In this document: positions 1 to 8,483 of the stretch, piece after piece
Numbering within the stretch: the stretch's first letter is position 1
Layout of the letters: the number at the start of each line of letters is the position of its first letter
NCBI GenBank assembly: GCA_963665235.2
Contig: CAXXLX010000001.1
Span: 128,001 to 192,000, forward strand
Source of the DNA: Candidatus Poribacteria bacterium
Lineage (GTDB): Bacteria > Poribacteria > WGA-4E > WGA-3G
Reading direction: 5' to 3'
Length of the DNA stretch: 64,000 bases
The notes under the pieces: generated by a model
Told to the model about the DNA's origin: nothing
Seen by the model: only the letters and a program-made list of their open reading frames with translations
The model's database searches: none
Program-made: the position numbers and the translations under genes

Positions 1-2
1 GC

Positions 3-215
3 GGTAACGAATTTATCGAGTTCAGTTTACCGGAGGCGATACTGCGTTTCAAACAGGGGTTCGGGCGGCTTATCCGTACCCAGACCGACAAAGGCATCGT
101 GGTAATTCTCGATCCGAGAATTAAAACCGGGAGTTATGGCAATCAATTTTTAGCGTCTTTACCTACATGTGAAGTCATCTGGGGTGAGGGTGAGGGCGAT
201 TTCCTCAAGTCGTAG
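3..215 (+). CDS. DinG/YoaA-family ATP-dependent helicase, C-terminal fragment (5' partial)
   Basis: Frame 3 translated by hand: EFSLPEAILRFKQGFGRLIRTQTDKGIVVILDPRI...YG..FLASLP. This contains DinG helicase motif VI (QGFGRLIR). Stop TAG at 213-215. Confidence 0.88.
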   Translation, partial: GNEFIEFSLPEAILRFKQGFGRLIRTQTDKGIVVILDPRIKTGSYGNQFLASLPTCEVIWGEGEGDFLKS

Positions 216-221
216 GGGGTG

Positions 222-253
222 GCGGCTCGTTGGGGTGGTCCGCAGCGAGCCGC
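222..253. terminator. Hairpin between convergent genes, probable bidirectional terminator
   Basis: GCGGCTCGTTG...CAGCGAGCCGC inverted repeat between two stop codons. Confidence 0.55.
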
Positions 254-261
254 TCAGGTAA

Positions 262-1428
262 TTAATAGCGTTTTGGTCCGGGTTGTGCGGAGCGAATACC
301 TCTGTCATGTGTGTAAGGGAATTCAAATTCAAGCGTTTGATAACGTGTCGCGCCGCCGGGGGGTGGTGCTTTTTCGATGGGGAGAACTACGTTGAGTGTA
401 ACCGCGTTCAAATTGGTTTGTCTAAATGGGACAAAGCCTTCGATACTTTCCCCAGGTGCGACTCCGGTTTGCGGGTTTCCGACCCGCTTTTCAAGGATAG
501 GCATACGCTTTTCGAGTAGAATTTCGCGTGCTTTTTCAAGTCCATTTTTCCGATGAAGTCCTGTGACATGGAATGTATAGGCCAAGCGTTCCCTTAGGTC
601 CTCCAAATTGAGTCCGTAGTATATCCCCTCAGTTTGGTCAATCATTTGACACTGTTTGACATCAAACAGGATGTTTTCAGTTCGGTTGTTTGTGATTTTG
701 ACATAGAACACATCCGTTTTGTCCCCCTGTCGCATTGTTGCAGCTTCGTAAAAGGGTGAAGCCATATTCCCACGGTTGTATTTCCAGTCTAAATCAGCGC
801 GTCGCCAATATGAGATTGAGAGGGTTATGCCATCAGCGGTTTTGGTGAGCGTGGGTTGTCTGGAATAGAGCCCAAAGAGTTCGGGTTCGTCGGAAACAAG
901 GATGACATCAACGATTCTCCTTTTGTTAGCCCCGGACGCTAATTCGATCTGCGTTCTTGTTTCAGGCCACTCTTTGAGAAAGTTGTTCCATCTCTCAACG
1001 TCATGCGCGTATTCATCAAAAGCGAATAAATAGGTTAGCCTGTTAGTATTTGCCTCATCCGCCTTTCTAATACGAAACCCTACTGTTCGCATTCCGTGTT
1101 TTTCGAGTAGGCCTTTGAGGATATCCTCAGAGGGAATTGCTGGAATCACGACTTCTGCGGAGGGTTTCTCGCTTTTTTCCGCTAAAGCCTCAGCGATATT
1201 TTGTACCGGTTGGACCGGGGACAATTTCGCTATAGGCGTGCCACATCCGATGACAATTAATCCGAGCAGCAACAACCCCGCTAGATTCAGCAGTGTTAAG
1301 GAATGCAGCTTCCGCCAGGTTTGCTGCGATTCACAGGCATGCCACCCTACATGGCGCGAGGGTGTAATTCGAAATTTCTTTTCCTTATTGAACCATTTCA
1401 TTGATAAGATTTCCTCCTTGTCTACCAT
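262..1428 (-). CDS. Hypothetical lipoprotein (start uncertain)
   Basis: 388-aa ORF. Hydrophobic stretch ends in a lipobox-like IVIG-C. No catalytic motif recognised. Confidence 0.65.
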   Translation of the reverse strand: MVDKEEILSMKWFNKEKKFRITPSRHVGWHACESQQTWRKLHSLTLLNLAGLLLLGLIVIGCGTPIAKLSPVQPVQNIAEALAEKSEKPSAEVVIPAIPSEDILKGLLEKHGMRTVGFRIRKADEANTNRLTYLFAFDEYAHDVERWNNFLKEWPETRTQIELASGANKRRIVDVILVSDEPELFGLYSRQPTLTKTADGITLSISYWRRADLDWKYNRGNMASPFYEAATMRQGDKTDVFYVKITNNRTENILFDVKQCQMIDQTEGIYYGLNLEDLRERLAYTFHVTGLHRKNGLEKAREILLEKRMPILEKRVGNPQTGVAPGESIEGFVPFRQTNLNAVTLNVVLPIEKAPPPGGATRYQTLEFEFPYTHDRGIRSAQPGPKRY

Positions 1429-1524
1429 TTTGAGAATGGCATCTTACATTGCGCGTTTGTGTACTAATACTTTTTTCTGTTAAGATACCATATTTACAAT
1501 TTTTAGTCAACAATTTAATTTATT

Positions 1525-1876
1525 TTGGGTGGGTAAAGTTTTTGTACTATGATAGGGGAAGGGTGGAAGAATGGAAGAGGGGATGGAAGAATGGAAGAAT
1601 GGAAGAATGGAAGAATGGATTTGGCGGGGGTTGTCTGAATGCACGTCGCATTTGGGCGAGTACGCCGCAAATCGCGGAGGACACAGAGGACGCAGAAAAC
1701 GCGGAAAAAGAGGTTTCTTGCTAACATCTAACCATTTTGTGTCTGAATCGCGGAGGACACAGAGGACACGGAGAACGCGGAATGTTCGATGTGTGGGCAT
1801 CAAGGTTTTAGGATTAAGGGATGTTGCGTTTTTTTGTCTGAATCGCGGATTATCGCGGAAAACGCGGATTTTAAGG
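1525..1876 (+). repeat. Composite dispersed repeat (GGAAGAAT 8-mers plus GTCTGAATCGCGG plus 9-mer ACGCGGAGG/ACACAGAGG modules)
   Basis: Colinear with the reverse complement of 51697-51930. Partial copies at about 2085-2140, 12716-12852, 22428-22505 and 36340-36456. Confidence 0.85.
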
Positions 1877-2225
1877 CAAGAGGAAGAGGCGGTTGATACG
1901 CATCAAACCGCATTTTAGAATCACAACAGCTTGCTATAAGCCAACGGTTTCCAATATTCTATAAACATAGTGTCCATACTGAACTAATACCAAATTAACA
2001 CAATTCGTCTCTTTCCACTCTTCCGCTCCAGCGGAGCAAATGAATTTGGTATTAGCTCCATCCGGGCGAAATGTTTCATGCGCAAAAACCTCTTTTTTCC
2101 GCGTTCTCCGCGCCCTCCGCGCCTTCCGCGATTCTGACAATAAACATACCAAAAACCTTCCCGTTAGCATCCGACATCGCGGTCCGTGAACACGATGAAT
2201 CAGATGAATTTGGTATAAGAGGTAA

Positions 2226-2257
2226 TCGACAGGCAATGAATTACCCCTACTACAAAC
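2226..2257 (-). repeat. GTAG-family REP-like palindrome
   Basis: Reverse complement reads GTTTGTAGTAGGGGTAATTCATTGCCTGTCGA, a near copy of 6257-6290. Confidence 0.65.
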
Positions 2258-2278
2258 GCCAAACAGACCGTACTGACG

Positions 2279-4483
2279 TTATCTGAGTAGACTGATTTTG
2301 CCAATTTCGTGGACAACAGCATCGGCTTGCGTTGCAGCGATACGATAGATGTAGTTCCCGGGGGCGAGCGGTTTTCCGGTGAGCGTTGAACCGTCCCACC
2401 AGAATTTTCCGGGGGCAAGCACGTTCTGATGTGCCTCGCTATAAACTTTTTCCCCCGAAACGGTGAAGATTTCAAGGGTAACGGTTTCCCCGATTTGAGA
2501 GGCGGAGAGTTGATACGCAAATGTGACCTTCGATTCGGATGCACGGAACGGATTTGGATAGACTTTCACCCTCTCAAGCGCGAAAGGTGCCTTGTCTAGC
2601 TGTGCAACGGAGAGACGGTATGACATGATGTCGCTGAATTGGCCATCAGAGGTTACCATGAGGTAAAAGGTCTGTTGTGAAGTTGGTTGGTAAAGGATTT
2701 GGTATCCTACTAAATCGGGGGCATTTTCTCCTGTGGCCAACGTTTCGCCTGTGGCTGATAAGAGTGTTAGCCGGTAATCCTTTCCTGCTGGGATATCGGT
2801 GAGTGTCGCACGAATTGTGATACCGGGTACCGCTTCAATTTGATAAAAATCGTGTGTATCCGATAGGCTATATAGAAAGGAGTAATAGGGTTGCCCATAG
2901 TAAATCGGGAAAGCGGTGCCGAGGGTGTCGTTGGGTTCGTAGGTGTCCCCGAACGAGACGAGCATTTGCATAATCGGTCCCTCAGGCCCAATATTGGTGA
3001 TAGATATTCCGGAGGGTGTTCCATCATTAGCGTTGCTGTTTGGTAGGGTTCCGGGGGTAAAAGCGGTTTGGTCGTCATCTGCGGCGTAAGCTGCGCCTTC
3101 AGTGATGGTATCAATGTTTATAGTGTTAGGGTCATCCGGATGGATACCGTAATGTTCAGGGTCATTAGGGTCTTCAAGCCAAATTTGTTGGGCTGCATCA
3201 TAACTGCCAGGCGGACGGACCTGTGTTTCATCGATGTGCCAGATGAGTATGCCAGATTCGGGAAGATAGGCATCAAAGGTTGCTCCGGAGGCTTTATAGC
3301 GATTTTCAATAAGGAAAAATTCTCTATTTGCGGAATGGGTTTCCCGTGCCTGTGGAATATCAATTTTGAAGAGTTTATCTGTTTTAGGGGGCAATTCAAA
3401 GCTCGGCACGGAAACCGGTCCGTTTTGTGTGATAGTGACAGGTTGTATCCAACCGAGGCGGCCGTTTTCAGGGCGCGCATCAAAATCCCATTTGAGGTAT
3501 CCTATGATATGGCTCGGTCCCAGTCCGTTCTGTTCTCCGGCGGCTTCTGGGCCTTGGAACGGTCCGAATTGTCCCATTAATCCCCACTTATGGTCCCGTG
3601 CATCGGTGAAGTTTAACCCGTAGACATCCGGTGCGCCGAAATCGTGGAAGAATTCGTGAAAGTAGATGCCTAAGTGAGGTTTATCAAATCCCGGTTCTTC
3701 GGCAACAATAACGGCAGTATCGACGAGAACGTCATCAACGATAACGTTGACGTTTGGGGTTAAGACCGACCAAATATCATCAGGGGCAGGGACGAAAGGA
3801 TTTACGGGGGATGCTTCGTCATTGCCAGCGTGAATGATAAAAAGATGGTCTACGATGCCATCCTTATCACGGTCGTATTGTGAAAAATCGACTGTTGCGT
3901 CTATAGCACGACACGCCTCGGCGATGAGTTCGCGATAACGTGGTATATTTCTTGGGCCTTCTCCGTAATACCCCATCGGTTTCTGGGCGCGAATCCATTT
4001 GTTCCCTGCGGGCAAAACGCCGCCAGCAGGCCCTGGTTGCACATCCATCTGATTATAAGAGTTTTCGCGGAAGTATGTTTTTAATGACACCCCTGTTTCA
4101 GCAAATAGATATTCATTGAATTCTGCGCTTGTTCTTTTTCCCGGTTGGTCGCTGAAATCAATTTTGAGGGCAAGCACATATTCAACGCCATCCGGTTGCA
4201 GGACTCCCTGTTCTCTTGCTAAGCAACATTCATCCAACATTTGCAAATATGTAGAGACACTCAGTTGCGAATTAAGGCCTGCGGAGGATTTCGGAGTCAA
4301 TTCGCCAGTCCTCGGATTGACATCAAAATAGCGATAAGGATTTGGGGGTGCGGCGAGGCTAAATGTTGTAACTGTGAGGAGACATCCCCAGCAGACCATC
4401 AAAAGGATGGAGGATTTGCTAATCAAATTCACCCCCACATTTCCTGCATAAGATGTAAAATTGGATGTCATCAGAATGGGCAT
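2279..4483 (-). CDS. Secreted M6-family (immune inhibitor A-like) metalloprotease with PPC-like and C-terminal FlgD/Ig-like domains
   Basis: HEFFHDFGAPDVY zinc motif, DFSQYDRDKDGIVDHLFIIHAG, FLIENR, GILIWHIDE, DTYEPND repeat, C-terminal YPNPF...WDG...PGNYIYRI. Signal peptide suggests the true start is GTG 4432 or TTG 4426. Confidence 0.88.
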   Translation of the reverse strand: MPILMTSNFTSYAGNVGVNLISKSSILLMVCWGCLLTVTTFSLAAPPNPYRYFDVNPRTGELTPKSSAGLNSQLSVSTYLQMLDECCLAREQGVLQPDGVEYVLALKIDFSDQPGKRTSAEFNEYLFAETGVSLKTYFRENSYNQMDVQPGPAGGVLPAGNKWIRAQKPMGYYGEGPRNIPRYRELIAEACRAIDATVDFSQYDRDKDGIVDHLFIIHAGNDEASPVNPFVPAPDDIWSVLTPNVNVIVDDVLVDTAVIVAEEPGFDKPHLGIYFHEFFHDFGAPDVYGLNFTDARDHKWGLMGQFGPFQGPEAAGEQNGLGPSHIIGYLKWDFDARPENGRLGWIQPVTITQNGPVSVPSFELPPKTDKLFKIDIPQARETHSANREFFLIENRYKASGATFDAYLPESGILIWHIDETQVRPPGSYDAAQQIWLEDPNDPEHYGIHPDDPNTINIDTITEGAAYAADDDQTAFTPGTLPNSNANDGTPSGISITNIGPEGPIMQMLVSFGDTYEPNDTLGTAFPIYYGQPYYSFLYSLSDTHDFYQIEAVPGITIRATLTDIPAGKDYRLTLLSATGETLATGENAPDLVGYQILYQPTSQQTFYLMVTSDGQFSDIMSYRLSVAQLDKAPFALERVKVYPNPFRASESKVTFAYQLSASQIGETVTLEIFTVSGEKVYSEAHQNVLAPGKFWWDGSTLTGKPLAPGNYIYRIAATQADAVVHEIGKISLLR

Positions 4484-5753
4484 GTTGTTTCATAAGGTCA
4501 ACGGCTTGTTGCGGTAAATCTTGGCCACACTTGGGACATTTGTAGAGTGAGCCCTCTATTTCAGGAAACTTGCGGACATCTCCCCACATGTCGTCGAGCC
4601 AATATTTAAATTCCCAGGGAAATTCGGTTTCGGTTTCTTTCGAAATTTCAACTGCGTGGTTAATTAACCTTTGACCTTCTTCAAAGGTAATCGGTTCATA
4701 AGGGTGTGGGGTTGTGATAACAGGAATAGATCTCCCTTCGGAGGCGGTTTCGGGATTGAACCTGCGCGAACGCGTCAATAAAATCTGATCGAGATGGGAG
4801 CCCGGTTCTCTACCCTTAGACCAGAGGCGGTAGTAGCCTTTGCGCTTGATACGAAAATAACCAGGGATGGATTTGCCCCGGGGGTGTGTTGAGGTATCCC
4901 ACAACCATCGGTGCCATTTAGAGGAGTCGCCCGGCACTGCCCAGATTTTGATTGCGTTCGGGCCGCCCTGTTCATCCCATGGATAGGGTTCCACATCATC
5001 TATGCCGACCCAGTAGGAGTCTTGATTGCCTGCTTTAAAGTGTGCGCGAATCCAGACGTACCATTTACCGGTTTTGGGTATGTAGATTTCATGAATAGCC
5101 CGCGCGCCTCTTGCGCTGTCAATAGCTTTGCCCTCGGATGCTTCAGCGTCCTCAACGATTTTCACGCCATTATCCATGTATGCAGCGGCTTCAGCTTCCA
5201 CAATGAGGGTGTTTTTCGGGACGTGAACTAATTCCTTTTTTTCCTTGGTTTTGTTCTCCTCCTCGTTTTCTTTCCTATTTTCTTCCTCCTTTTCTTCATT
5301 TGGATAGGCTTGTTCAGGTGCGACATAATCTCTTCCGAATTGTAAACATACCTTTTCAAATTTTTTTTCGGTGATATTTGCGTCGAAGAAGCTGTCTCGG
5401 ACCCCTTTTTTCCAGAGGTCTAGGAGGAGAAACATCGCCTTGAGATTGCCATCGGGCCGTTTGCGGGTGCCGACAACGATAAGCATACCGGTGTCTTGCG
5501 AGCGGCTAACGAGGCATCTATGAATGGGAAATTCGGGCCGCGGCCCTCTGCGGCCCCGGACGATGAGGGGACTATAGTACCGACAGCGGTTGTCGCATCC
5601 GGGTATCTTGGCACGTTTTGCCTTGCAGCAATCTGGACAAATTAACAGATTGCTGAGGGCAGGACAGGCTCGCTTGCCGTTATTGGAGTTGCATGTACGG
5701 CACCGTTGCCGTCTGATGCGTTTGTTTCTCGTGGATGTTCTTGGATATCGCAT
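4419..5753 (-). CDS. Cys-rich (Zn-finger) hypothetical protein with an inserted CBM-like beta-sandwich
   Basis: Start moved to ATG 5753 (MRYPRT) because the upstream part of the ORF is tandem-repeat DNA. N-terminal CxxC...CPDCC...C cluster, LIVEAE...WYVWIR...DSYWVGID...LDQILLT module, C-terminal CPKC...CRKC ribbon. Confidence 0.7.
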   Translation of the reverse strand: MRYPRTSTRNKRIRRQRCRTCNSNNGKRACPALSNLLICPDCCKAKRAKIPGCDNRCRYYSPLIVRGRRGPRPEFPIHRCLVSRSQDTGMLIVVGTRKRPDGNLKAMFLLLDLWKKGVRDSFFDANITEKKFEKVCLQFGRDYVAPEQAYPNEEKEEENRKENEEENKTKEKKELVHVPKNTLIVEAEAAAYMDNGVKIVEDAEASEGKAIDSARGARAIHEIYIPKTGKWYVWIRAHFKAGNQDSYWVGIDDVEPYPWDEQGGPNAIKIWAVPGDSSKWHRWLWDTSTHPRGKSIPGYFRIKRKGYYRLWSKGREPGSHLDQILLTRSRRFNPETASEGRSIPVITTPHPYEPITFEEGQRLINHAVEISKETETEFPWEFKYWLDDMWGDVRKFPEIEGSLYKCPKCGQDLPQQAVDLMKQHAHSDDIQFYILCRKCGGEFD

Positions 5754-5797
5754 AGGTTTTTTTCCGTTGGTAATACCATTTCTAATTGAAAATGCCT

Positions 5798-6052
5798 CTT
5801 TCTTGTAGCATAAACTTCCAGTTTGTGCGCTTTCTTGTAGCATAAACTTCCAGTTTGTGCGCTTTCTTGTAGCATAAACTTCCAGTTTGTGCGCTTTCTT
5901 GTAGCATAAACTTCCAGTTTGTGCGCTTTCTTGTAGCATAAACTTCCAGTTTGTGCGCTTTCTTGTAGCATAAACTTCCAGTTTGTGCGCTTTCTTGTAG
6001 CATAAACTTCCAGTTTGTGTTGTGTGTTATTGTAGCATAAACTTCCAGTTTG
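5798..6052 (+). repeat. Tandem array of 8 GTAG-REP-like hairpins (32-bp period)
   Basis: GTAGCATAAACTTCCAGTTTG starts at 5805, 5837, 5869, 5901, 5933, 5965, 5997 and 6032. Stem GCATAAAC/GTTTGTGC. Linkers are identical except the last. Confidence 0.95.
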
Positions 6053-6163
6053 GGTCTTCCGTTCTCCGTTTCATTTCTAACAACCGGTAATGATAGAATA
6101 ATTAATAAAAATGGTATAAGTGATGGACGATGATGAAGATTAATTTTTAAATTCGGAATACTA

Positions 6164-6290
6164 GAACGGGTGATAAATCACCCTACTACAAACCCTTATA
6201 TTTAGGATCAGGAGCGGAACGGGTGATAAATTACCCTACTACAAACCCTTATGTTTGTTTGTAGTAGGGAAACCATTCATTGCCTGTCGA
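6164..6290. repeat. Cluster of three GTAG-family REP-like palindromes (two direct, one inverted)
   Basis: GAACGGGTGATAAAT(C/T)ACCCTACTACAAACCCTTAT at 6164 and 6217. GTAGTAGGGAAACCATTCATTGCCTG at 6261. Confidence 0.8.
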
Positions 6291-6316
6291 ATACCGACAT
6301 ATTTATCTAAAATTCA

Positions 6317-8407
6317 TTAGCGGTCATCGTCATCTGAGTGGTTATCGTATCGGGCATCGTAATTAGGCGAATTCGGACGGTTGACTAAATCGGCGAGGTA
6401 TTCAGCGATTTTGTCGGTTACCTGTTGTGCATCTACGTCAGCGAAGTTAAAGAGTTCCTTAAGCATAGGTGCAATTGCGCCTGTGTCAAGCAATGTATTA
6501 GCGAGGCGTCCCATACTGCTTCGGTTGATTCCGCCTTTTCCATCGGTATTGCCCATATCAAGAATTTTGATGCTGTCGATTTTCTCTACTGGACGCATGA
6601 GTTGTTCGACGATTCCTGTGGCTTCATCGATGAGTTCAAGGATTGCCTCTTGGACGAGGACGCGTTGTTCAGCGACGTTTCGTGCTTCGTATTCGGCCAT
6701 TTCGCCTTGTGCTTTGGCGCGTGCTTCAGCGAGGACAGCATCGGACAGCCGTTCAATGGGCTGTGCTTGTGCTTCCGCACCGATAATTGCGACATCTCGT
6801 TGCCACTCAGCTTCTCTGACCTGCTCGGTGGCGGTTACTTCGACTTCAGCGCCGACGCGTTCGGCTTCAGCGACGAGTTGTTCTTTCTCTGCTAGGGCAG
6901 TGAGGACCTGCTTGCCAGCGACCTCAATTTTCCTGTCTTCGTCGACGAGTGCGACCCGCAATTCCTGATCGATTCGGGACTGCTCGACGGCGAGCATTTT
7001 GGCAATTTCGGTGAGTTCCACTTGCCGGTTTTGGTCAATCTGTGCGGTTTCAACGACGAGATTTTTCTCAATTTCCCGTTGCTGGACCTGTTGTTCTTGG
7101 GAGTGTCTGGTAGTTTCCACAAGCAGGTCTCGTTCGATATCTCGCAGCATGACCCCTTCTTCTTGGGCGATACGTGCCTTTTCAACGAAGAGTTCTTTCT
7201 CGATTTCGCGAACAGCGATTGTCTGTTCCTGCTCAATTTTCTCCATTTGGACGACGAGATGCTGTTCAATTTCGGCAAGTTGTACAACTTTAGTTTGCTC
7301 AATCTGTCTGGTTTCGACGATGAGGTTTTTCTCGATTTCTCGTTCTTGAACAATCTGTTCAGCGGCAACGCGTTCAAATTCGACATCGCGATTCATTTCG
7401 ATTTCGCGTTCTTGTACGACCTGTTCCTGTGCGATCCGGGCACGCTCAACCTCTTGCTTCATCTCATATTCACGTTCTTGAATGCTCTGCTCCATCTCGA
7501 ACTGATATTTAATGGTTTCGGCTTCCCGTTCGACAGCATAGACAGCGATATTTTTCTGTTGGTCAGATTCTGCCCATGCCTGATTTTGTTCCGCTTCAAG
7601 GATACGAATTCGTGCGTCGACCTCAATTTGTTCGACAGCGACCTCTTTTTCTTGAATGGCAGCGATTTTATCACGCTCTTGCTCAACGGTAATTTCGGTG
7701 ATTTCTCGGATACCGATGGCATCAAATCGGTTGTCGGGATTGAGCATTTCGACGGGTGTCTGATCGACTCGGATGATGGAGACGGTATCAAGTGTCAACC
7801 CATTATGTTCTCTCAAATTTTCGCCGCAAGCGTCCTGAACTTTGAAAGCGAATTCGATCCGTTTTTGAAGCAGGTCCTGAATGTCACTTTCGGCAGCCAC
7901 ACTTCTCAAGGCACCATCTAACATCGGTTCAATAAGTTCGCGGACAGTCTCCGGTGTCATAGATTTGTCCCCGAGGGCTTGGGCTGCTTTTAAAATATCC
8001 TCTTCCGGCTCCGTATGTACTTTAAGATAAAAGACAACTTCAACATCGGCGCGGTTGAAGTCGTTTGTGATTAAGGAGTCAGATGTTTCTCGCAGTACCT
8101 CAATTCGCATAGTGTTGAGCGAGATTTCTTTGATTTCATGAATGATTGTGTTGACCCACATTCCGCCAGTGGTTTTAATTTTTTCCTTGGAACCACCTGT
8201 CCTGACGAGGGCTATATCGGCTTTCGGGATTCGGTACCGGATAGCAGAAGCAGCGAAAGCACCGAGAACGATAAGCAGGCCAATAGTGACAGCTAATATA
8301 ATGTTTCTTACATCTGTTAATCCGAGGCTATCTGAGTATCGGACCGCAACGGTTACCACAATAATAGCGACAACAAGTAAGAAAATGATTACAGCTATTA
8401 AACGCAT
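6317..8407 (-). CDS. Flotillin-family (SPFH/band 7) protein with expanded coiled-coil repeats
   Basis: Two N-terminal TM segments, ALVRTG...DVEVVFYLKV...AAQALG...GALRSVAA SPFH domain, Glu/Gln-rich repeats, C-terminal PVEKIDSIKILD flotillin motif. Confidence 0.9.
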   Translation of the reverse strand: MRLIAVIIFLLVVAIIVVTVAVRYSDSLGLTDVRNIILAVTIGLLIVLGAFAASAIRYRIPKADIALVRTGGSKEKIKTTGGMWVNTIIHEIKEISLNTMRIEVLRETSDSLITNDFNRADVEVVFYLKVHTEPEEDILKAAQALGDKSMTPETVRELIEPMLDGALRSVAAESDIQDLLQKRIEFAFKVQDACGENLREHNGLTLDTVSIIRVDQTPVEMLNPDNRFDAIGIREITEITVEQERDKIAAIQEKEVAVEQIEVDARIRILEAEQNQAWAESDQQKNIAVYAVEREAETIKYQFEMEQSIQEREYEMKQEVERARIAQEQVVQEREIEMNRDVEFERVAAEQIVQEREIEKNLIVETRQIEQTKVVQLAEIEQHLVVQMEKIEQEQTIAVREIEKELFVEKARIAQEEGVMLRDIERDLLVETTRHSQEQQVQQREIEKNLVVETAQIDQNRQVELTEIAKMLAVEQSRIDQELRVALVDEDRKIEVAGKQVLTALAEKEQLVAEAERVGAEVEVTATEQVREAEWQRDVAIIGAEAQAQPIERLSDAVLAEARAKAQGEMAEYEARNVAEQRVLVQEAILELIDEATGIVEQLMRPVEKIDSIKILDMGNTDGKGGINRSSMGRLANTLLDTGAIAPMLKELFNFADVDAQQVTDKIAEYLADLVNRPNSPNYDARYDNHSDDDDR

Positions 8408-8483
8408 TCGTTTCTCCTAGTAAAGGGGCAGTATTGAGACAATTAGTAGATGTCTCTAATATATGAAATTTGTTCCCCCGGAT

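Noticed and set aside
1449-2286. Small ORFs rich in MEEWKNG or RRTQRT (also 51665-51957)
   Set aside because: They arise from the 8-mer/9-mer repeat family and have no RBS or protein-like composition.
5642-6003. ORFs with repeated MLQESAQTGSLCYKK
   Set aside because: These are translations of the 32-bp repeat in rotating frames. The real gene likely starts at 5753.
5798-6052. CRISPR array
   Set aside because: The units are palindromic, but the linkers are only about 8 bp and identical, and there are no cas genes. It is a tandem REP-like repeat.
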